Origin: Elusimicrobiota bacterium
Lineage (GTDB): Bacteria; Elusimicrobiota; Elusimicrobia; UBA1565
Length of the DNA stretch: 17,380 nt
Direction of reading: 5' to 3'
Assembly: GCA_043819795.1 (NCBI GenBank)
Contig: JBDREN010000241.1
Location: 1-17,380 of the forward strand
The notes below the pieces were generated by a model. It had not been told where the DNA came from, did no database searches, and worked only from the letters and a program-made list of their open reading frames with translations. Positions 11,710-17,380 of this stretch are shown here, in pieces. The stretch's first letter is position 1; each line of letters opens with the position of its first letter. The position numbers and the translations under genes are program-made.

Positions 11710-14400
11710 TTAAGGCCCCGTCATCGAGTTCAGGGCGAACTCGATGAGCGTGTCCGCTTCCTCGTCAGTGAGCTTCTTGCCGCGCTGGGCCTCCACCTGG
11801 TTGATGAAGGCCTCGAGCACGTTGTCGGCGGCCTTGTCGTTGCCCCTTTCGGAGGCCGCGGCCGCGTTCTCGGCCTTGGTGGTGAGCGGCGACTCCGCCG
11901 TTTCGGGCAGGTCCAGGGCCTCGATCGTTGCCGGAAGCTCTTCGACCGTGTCCACGCACCCGTTCCGGTCCGCGTCGCTTCCGGATGCGTCGGTGTCCGG
12001 GCAGGCGTCAACGTCGTTGTCCACCCCGTCGCCGTTGCGGTCCGGGTCGCAGGTGTCGCCTATCCCGTCGCCGTCGAGGTCTTCCTGGCCGGGGTTCGCG
12101 ACTGCGGGGCAGTTGTCCACGTCGCCGCAGACGCCGTCGCCGTCAGCGTCGTTGTCCGCATCGTTCGGGCAGGCGTCGCAGCCATCGCCCGCGCCGTCGC
12201 CGTCGGCGTCGGCCTGGTCCGCGTTGGCCGTCGCGGGGCAGTTGTCCACATCGCCGCACACTCCATCGGCGTCGGCGTCGTTATCCGGATCGCCGGGGCA
12301 GGCGTCGCAGGCGTCACCCGCTCCATCGCCGTCCGAATCCGTTTGGTCCGGGTTGAACGTCGCCGGGCAGTTGTCTGCGTCGCCGCAAACGCCGTCGCCG
12401 TCGGCATCGTTGTCCGGGTCGTTGGGGCAGGCGTCGCAGACGTCGCCCAGGCCGTCACTATCGGCGTCGGCTTGGTCCGGATTGGCGGTCGCCGGGCAGT
12501 TGTCCACGTCGCCGCACACGCCGTCCCCGTCCGCGTCGTTATCCGCGTCATCGGGACAAGCGTCGCACGCGTCGCCCGGCCCGTCGCCATCGGAATCGGC
12601 CTGGTCCGGGTTGGGGGTCATCGGGCAGTTGTCTTCCTCGTCGGGCACGCCGTCATCGTCCTCGTCCGGGTCTTCGCAGGGCCCGGGCGGGTAGGGGTCG
12701 GCGTCGTGGGTGATGTCGGCCCCGGGGTTATTGTCGAGGATGAGCGGCAGATAGGTCCTGTAGGCATCGCAGTCGAGAGGGTTGCCGTAGAGGTGGAGCG
12801 TCGCCAGGTTGGTCATGCCCGCGAGCGCCGAGATATCGCTGATCTGGTTGTTGAGCAAGTAGAGGGTCTCGGGGTTCATGTCCGCGAGCGCGGAGATGTC
12901 GGTGATCCGGTTGTTGTGGAGATATACCGTCCGCGGGGTCGTGACGCCGGCCAGGCCGGAGATGTCGGTCACCTGGTTGTTGTTCAAGTAAAGCGTCCGC
13001 AGGCTGGTCATCCCCGGAGGTATGGCGGTGACCAGATTGCTGTACATCATGAGGTACTCCAGGCTCGACAGGGTCCCGAGCGCGGAGATGTCGCTGACCT
13101 GGTTGCCCTCCAGATACAGCTCCTTTAGGTTGACCATCCCCGCCAGGGCGGAAACGTCCGTGATCTGGTTGTGCTGCAGGCCGAGATCCGTCAGGCTCGT
13201 CACCCCCGCCAGGCCGGAGATGTCCGTGATCTGGTTGTTGTTCAAGTATAGCGTCCGCAGGCTCGTCATCCCCGAAAGGTCGGGGATGCGGCGGAGCTGA
13301 TTGCTGTAGAGGATCGCCGTATCCAGATTCGTCGCGTGCTCGAGGCCGGTGAGGTCCGTGATCCCTTGGCCGGGAGCGGTGAGATGCGTCAAGGCGAGCA
13401 TGTCCGTGGGCGTGGGGCCGGTGACGCCCAGGGCGGCCTCCACCGCGGCTTCCAGGGCGGTGTCCGTGAAATGGACGGGGACCTCCGGGCAGGGCCCGGG
13501 CGGGTAGGGGCTGGGGTCGTAGGCCAGGTAGACGCCGGGGTTGTTCTCTTCGATCAGCGGCAAATGCGTGCTGTAGGCCTCGCATTCCAAGGGGTTGTTC
13601 CTCAGATAGAGCTGCGTCAGGCTCGTCAGCTCCGCCAGGTCCGCGATTCCGGTGAGTTGATTGTCGGAGAGATTGACGACCTCGAGGCTCGTCAGGGTCG
13701 CGAGCGCCGAGAGGCCGGCGCCGATCTGGTTGTGCTCCGCGTAGAGGCCGGTCAGAGCGCTCATCCCCGCCAGCGGGGAGATGTCCGGGATCTGATTGCC
13801 CAAGAGCCAGAGCTGTTTGAGGCTCGTGACCCCTTCCAGTCCGGAGATGTCGGTGATCTGGTTGCCGCGCACGTCCAGATACTCCAGGTTGGGCGAGGCG
13901 GTCAGGGGCGGGATCGAGGTGAGCCGGTTGTTCTGCGCGTAGAGCAAGGTCAGGTTCGTCAGGCCCGAGACCGCGGAGATGTCGGCGATCTGGTTGTCGG
14001 AGAGATTGACGACCTCGAGGCTCGTCAGGGTCGCGAGCGCCGAGAGGCCGGCGCCGATTTGGTTGTGCTCCGCGTAGAGGCCGGTCAGAGCGCTCATCCC
14101 CGCCAGCGGGGAGATGTCCGGGATCTGATTGCCCAAGAGCCAGAGCTCCGTGAGGTTCGCGGCGTGCTCCAGGCCCGTAAGCTCCGAGATGCCTTTGCCC
14201 GCGACATTAAGCCGCGTCAGGGCGAGCATGTCCGTAGGCGTGGGATTGGCGATGCCCAAAGCGGCTTCCACCGCAGCCTTCAGGTTGGCGTCAGGGAAAT
14301 GGACCGGGTCCTCGGCCATGGCCGGGGGGGAGAGCCATATTAGTCCGGCCAGCGCGAGCGAACTCGCCGCCGCGATTCTCAAGGGTTGTCTCGGTTTCAT
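11710..14400 (-). CDS. Secreted protein with two capped LRR modules, 43-aa TSP3-like repeats and FIMAH-like C-terminus
   Basis: Paralog of 10528..11679; N-cap/LRR/C-cap unit present twice; same C-terminal helical domain. Confidence 0.93.
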   Translation of the reverse strand: MKPRQPLRIAAASSLALAGLIWLSPPAMAEDPVHFPDANLKAAVEAALGIANPTPTDMLALTRLNVAGKGISELTGLEHAANLTELWLLGNQIPDISPLAGMSALTGLYAEHNQIGAGLSALATLTSLEVVNLSDNQIADISAVSGLTNLTLLYAQNNRLTSIPPLTASPNLEYLDVRGNQITDISGLEGVTSLKQLWLLGNQIPDISPLAGMSALTGLYAEHNQIGAGLSALATLTSLEVVNLSDNQLTGIADLAELTSLTQLYLRNNPLECEAYSTHLPLIEENNPGVYLAYDPSPYPPGPCPEVPVHFTDTALEAAVEAALGVTGPTPTDMLALTHLTAPGQGITDLTGLEHATNLDTAILYSNQLRRIPDLSGMTSLRTLYLNNNQITDISGLAGVTSLTDLGLQHNQITDVSALAGMVNLKELYLEGNQVSDISALGTLSSLEYLMMYSNLVTAIPPGMTSLRTLYLNNNQVTDISGLAGVTTPRTVYLHNNRITDISALADMNPETLYLLNNQISDISALAGMTNLATLHLYGNPLDCDAYRTYLPLILDNNPGADITHDADPYPPGPCEDPDEDDDGVPDEEDNCPMTPNPDQADSDGDGPGDACDACPDDADNDADGDGVCGDVDNCPATANPDQADADSDGLGDVCDACPNDPDNDADGDGVCGDADNCPATFNPDQTDSDGDGAGDACDACPGDPDNDADADGVCGDVDNCPATANADQADADGDGAGDGCDACPNDADNDADGDGVCGDVDNCPAVANPGQEDLDGDGIGDTCDPDRNGDGVDNDVDACPDTDASGSDADRNGCVDTVEELPATIEALDLPETAESPLTTKAENAAAASERGNDKAADNVLEAFINQVEAQRGKKLTDEEADTLIEFALNSMTGP
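12100..12635 (-). repeat. 129-bp coding tandem repeat (43 aa), 4 full units
   Basis: GGGCAGTT (NCP) recurs at 12107, 12236, 12365, 12494 and 12623. Confidence 0.9.
13661..14147 (-). repeat. 154-bp near-perfect intragenic duplication
   Basis: 13661-13814 versus 13994-14147, 153/154 identical, offset 333 bp. Confidence 0.92.
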
Positions 14401-14439
14401 TTATTCACCTTCCGGCTCGGTCGGTTCCGTCGCTGATTC

Positions 14440-14469
14440 AGTATAGGGCCGGAAGCGCTGACTTTTCAA
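14440..14469 (-). promoter_or_regulatory. Sigma70-type promoter of the LRR gene pair
   Basis: Minus strand TTGAAA-18 bp-TATACT. Confidence 0.65.
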
Positions 14470-14581
14470 GGGCAGGCCTCTGGCAATGATGACGAAAAAA
14501 GGATTGTAAAAGCATCACAAAAATAATTTGTCAGCCATCCAGGCGCGAGACGATCATCTTATGCGGGACGTCGCGGATCGT

Positions 14582-15847
14582 CTATCTCGGCGTCGAATCC
14601 CAGAGCTTCCTGTGCGTGTCGAAATCCACCACGGCCTGGCCCACGGTATATTGGTCCGGGGCGGCCTTCGCGGGGATTTCGATGGTCACGATGGTCCCAC
14701 TGGGGAGCAATTCATCCTGGGAGCCCGCGGGAAGTCCCGGCATCTCCCCCTGCAGTGTGATCTTGTTGTCGCCCACCCAGTGGATCTTCATTTGTGAGAC
14801 ATTGAAAGCCGTGTTGGGCTCCGGCCTTCCCCCTCCGGCCGCTCCCACCGCGAGCACCATCGCGTCGGCGCCGGTGAGCCCGTCGGTATCCGTGACGGTC
14901 AGGGTCACGTCATAGGCGCCGATGTCCACGCTGTCGGTGGCCGCCCGCTCGCCGGCAAGGGTGAAATCGGAGCCTTCAGGGTCTCGATTCGTCAGGACCC
15001 AGTCCCAAGAGACTATCGGCCCGTCGGCGGCGCGGGAAGAGCTGCCATCGAGGATGACAAGATCATTCTCGTCCACTCCGGGCTCGGCGACCGCCACCGG
15101 AGTCTGCGCACAATACCCCAGGCCTTCCTGGCCTTTGTCGTAGTGTCGTTGGACCTCTTCCGGAGTCAGCGCCGTGTTCCAGACCGCCACCTCGTCCAGC
15201 GAGCCGAGGAAGACGTAGATCAGCTGGTTCGGCGCGGGATTCCAGCATCCCAGGTACAGATCGTTCGCGTTCGCGGCCAACGGGCCGCCGCAGCCCGTCC
15301 TGGTGACGACGTAGCTTCCATCGCGATATGACTTCAGCACGGAGCCGTCGTACGTGAAGGCGAAGTGATGCCACTGGCCGTCTCTGATGTCGGGTCCGGC
15401 CAGGCCGATGTAGCAGGACCCTCCCTCCGTCCATAGGCTGAACTCGCCGTTCCCGATCATCCTGAATTCGAGGACGCCCAGACGAGACGCTATCCTTCTC
15501 CAGGTGCCGGTATCATCCGTCTTGAGCCACCCCTCGAATGTGAACGCCTCCGTCACGTCCGCGAACATGCCCGGCCCGGCGTCGACATAGTCGTCCACGC
15601 CGTCGAAACCCAACGCTCCGCCGGACCTTCCCGTTTCCCAGGCCGGGGCGTTGAAAAGCGTCCCATGATTGCCGCCCACGGAGTCATGAGCCGTTATCCC
15701 GGCCCCTTCGTCGAAGGTCCAGTAGGAGGTCATGCCCGACGGACAGGCCATCGCCGCCGCGTTTGTCGTCAAGAAAGCGACCCCGATCGCCGCGGCCACC
15801 ACGGCGGGTAAAACGCTCGCGCCATGCTTCTCGCTTGTTTTAGTCAT
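14582..15847 (-). CDS. Secreted LamG plus PKD-like domain protein (421 aa)
   Basis: ATG at 15847 follows GGAGGAGG (preferred over 15904); signal peptide; YWTFDEGAG...FLGSLDEVAVWNTAL; PKD-like VILDGSSS...IVSWDW...YDVTLTVTDTDG. Confidence 0.9.
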   Translation of the reverse strand: MTKTSEKHGASVLPAVVAAAIGVAFLTTNAAAMACPSGMTSYWTFDEGAGITAHDSVGGNHGTLFNAPAWETGRSGGALGFDGVDDYVDAGPGMFADVTEAFTFEGWLKTDDTGTWRRIASRLGVLEFRMIGNGEFSLWTEGGSCYIGLAGPDIRDGQWHHFAFTYDGSVLKSYRDGSYVVTRTGCGGPLAANANDLYLGCWNPAPNQLIYVFLGSLDEVAVWNTALTPEEVQRHYDKGQEGLGYCAQTPVAVAEPGVDENDLVILDGSSSRAADGPIVSWDWVLTNRDPEGSDFTLAGERAATDSVDIGAYDVTLTVTDTDGLTGADAMVLAVGAAGGGRPEPNTAFNVSQMKIHWVGDNKITLQGEMPGLPAGSQDELLPSGTIVTIEIPAKAAPDQYTVGQAVVDFDTHRKLWDSTPR

Positions 15848-15951
15848 TTCACATCCTCCTCCATCTCTCTCAAGAACGGATGCCGGGCGTCTATTCGCCC
15901 CCACCCGCCTTGCCTGACGATTCTCAGACCCGGTCTTCCGCTCTTCCGCGC

Positions 15952-16050
15952 TTAAAGTCCCGCGATCGAGTTGAGGGCGAACTGGATGAGCATGTCCACC
16001 TCCTCGTTCTCGGTCCCCGCGGGCAGGTCCAGCGATTCAACGACGGCCGG
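15952..16050 (-). pseudogene. Orphan, internally deleted FIMAH-like C-terminal fragment
   Basis: Translates PAVVESLDLPAGTEN/EEVDMLIQFALNSIAGL*, versus PATIEALDLPETAES[42 aa]EEADTLIEFALNSMTGP* in the 896-aa protein. Confidence 0.8.
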
Positions 16051-16081
16051 GGCGCAGGCTGCCGCCCTTTTGGATACCGGT

Positions 16082-17380
16082 CTACCTCTCCCAGCCCTTT
16101 TTCTTCCCCTTGTCGAAACCGGACGGGGCGTCGCCTTCCCAGCCCTTTTTCTCTCCCTGGCCGAAGCCGGCGGGAGGCTCCACCAGCCCGGGCGGCAAGT
16201 CGGGCCGGGCCACCATGAAACTGCTGAAGTGGTCGGTCAGTAAGGTGAGGGTGTCGGCGGCCATGTCCAGCGTCGCTCCCTGCGCCTCCCATTTATTCGT
16301 GGCCGGATCAAGCCAGTAGATATCCAGGCTCGCCTCCTGCTTCGGGTTCTTGAGTAGGGATTCGTCGTAGGAGAACACGAGAGTGACCAGCTGGGTAAAG
16401 GTCCCTCCGCCCGCCCTGAGATCATAGTCCATGAGGGCGACCACGTTTCCCTTGTTCGTCGAGACGGTGAAGTTTCCCTCCCCGCTCACGGCGGTGACGG
16501 TGGTCGGCTCGCTGATCGCCCCAGGAGGGAGGTCGACCACGATATCGCGGGCCTCGATGGTGCCGCCGTTGGAGTCCACCACGGCGCTGGCGTCGCCGTC
16601 CGCTTCGTTCGACGTGCCGTCGCCGTCTATATCGTCGTCGCAGACATCGCCGGCGCCGTCCAGGTCAAAATCCGCCTGATCCGGATTGGCCGTGGCGGGA
16701 CAGTTGTCGACGTCGCCGCACACGCCATCCTCGTCCGCGTCGTTGTCCGCATCGTTTGGACAGGCGTCGCACGCGTCGCCCATGCCGTCACCGTCGGCGT
16801 CCGCCTGGTCTGGGTTGGGCGTGGCTGGGCAGTTATCAACGTCGCCGCACGCGCCGTCGCCATCCGCGTCGTTGTCCGCATCGTTCGGACAGGCGTCGCA
16901 GGCGTCGCCCAGGCCGTCACTATCGGCGTCGGTTTGGTTCGGGTTGGCGGTGGCCGGGCAGTTATCGACGTCGCCGCAGACGCCATCCTCGTCCGCGTCG
17001 TTGTCCGCGTCGTTCGGACAGGCGTCGCAGACGTCGCCCAAGCCGTCACTATCGGCGTCGGCCTGATCCGCGTTGGGGATCGCCGGACAGTTATCGACGT
17101 CGCCGCATACGCCGTCGCCGTCCGCGTCGTTGTCCGGGTCGGCCGGGCACGCGTCGCAGGTGTCGCCCAGTTCGTCACTGTCGGCGTCGGCCTGGTCCGG
17201 GTTGGCGGTGGCCGGGCAGTTGTCGACGTCGCCGCACGCGCCGTCGTCGTCCGCGTCGTTGGCCGCATCATTCGGACAGGCGTCGCAGGCGTCGCCCAGG
17301 CCGTCACTATCGGCGTCGGCTTGGTCCGGGTCGGCGGTGGCCGGGCAGTTGTCGACGTCGCCGCAGACGCCGTCGCCGTC
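16082..17380 (-). CDS. TSP3-like repeat protein with ZU5-like C-terminal domain (5' end outside the window)
   Basis: Frame open from 17380 to TAG at 16082 (433 codons; ORF track shows only part). VDSNGGTI...VDLPPGAI...FTQLVTLVFSY...LDIYWLD...DHFSSF is ZU5-like (tentative). Confidence 0.88.
   Translation of the reverse strand, partial: DGDGVCGDVDNCPATADPDQADADSDGLGDACDACPNDAANDADDDGACGDVDNCPATANPDQADADSDELGDTCDACPADPDNDADGDGVCGDVDNCPAIPNADQADADSDGLGDVCDACPNDADNDADEDGVCGDVDNCPATANPNQTDADSDGLGDACDACPNDADNDADGDGACGDVDNCPATPNPDQADADGDGMGDACDACPNDADNDADEDGVCGDVDNCPATANPDQADFDLDGAGDVCDDDIDGDGTSNEADGDASAVVDSNGGTIEARDIVVDLPPGAISEPTTVTAVSGEGNFTVSTNKGNVVALMDYDLRAGGGTFTQLVTLVFSYDESLLKNPKQEASLDIYWLDPATNKWEAQGATLDMAADTLTLLTDHFSSFMVARPDLPPGLVEPPAGFGQGEKKGWEGDAPSGFDKGKKKGWER
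16680..17380 (-). repeat. 129-bp coding tandem repeat (43 aa), at least 5 units
   Basis: Same register at 16696, 16825, 16954, 17083, 17212 and 17341. Confidence 0.9.

Noticed and set aside
13661..14147. Diversity-generating retroelement template/variable repeat pair
   Set aside because: Only one mismatch, both copies are in-frame coding, no reverse transcriptase in the window; Sel1 duplicate differences are not adenine-restricted.
14548..14583. Terminator after the LamG-PKD gene (AGACGATC...GATCGTCT)
   Set aside because: 8-bp stem with a 20-nt loop and no U-tract; too weak to call.
9502..15904. ORF-track starts at 9502 and 15904
   Set aside because: Downstream ATGs at 9523 and 15847 have clear SD motifs and family-typical N-termini.
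15911..15919. Third copy of the 60-bp element (TGCCTGACG) after the FIMAH remnant
   Set aside because: Only 9 bp match; hairpin and AACTCA repeats are absent, so chance cannot be excluded.
16680..17380. CRISPR-like periodicity
   Set aside because: 129-bp in-frame coding repeats without unique spacers; no cas genes.

Overview
High-GC bacterial window dominated by a minus-strand array of six paralogous secreted modular proteins. Two are cut by the window edges and are absent or truncated in the ORF track. Five use Asp/Cys-rich thrombospondin type-3 (TSP3)-like Ca-binding repeats as a scaffold. Cargo domains include LamG, DUF1080-like beta-sandwich, right-handed beta-helix, IgGFc-binding-like, internalin-like LRR, PKD and FIMAH-like domains. 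The array is interrupted at ~6.7-10.5 kb by a secreted Sel1-repeat caspase (peptidase C14) and a divergent hipB/hipT-like pair that lacks hipS and has an altered kinase motif. Most unusual: (i) five globular domains are inserted at the same position inside a TSP3 repeat, and one insert has foreign (~50% GC) composition; (ii) a 60-bp element with a covarying hairpin occurs twice at gene 3' ends; (iii) 24-bp inverted repeats each carry an outward-facing -10 box around a single -35; (iv) 18-bp direct repeats flank the caspase gene; (v) an orphan, internally deleted FIMAH C-terminus. No recombinase, reverse transcriptase, tRNA, rRNA or CRISPR array was seen. Domain names come from motif recognition, not database searches.
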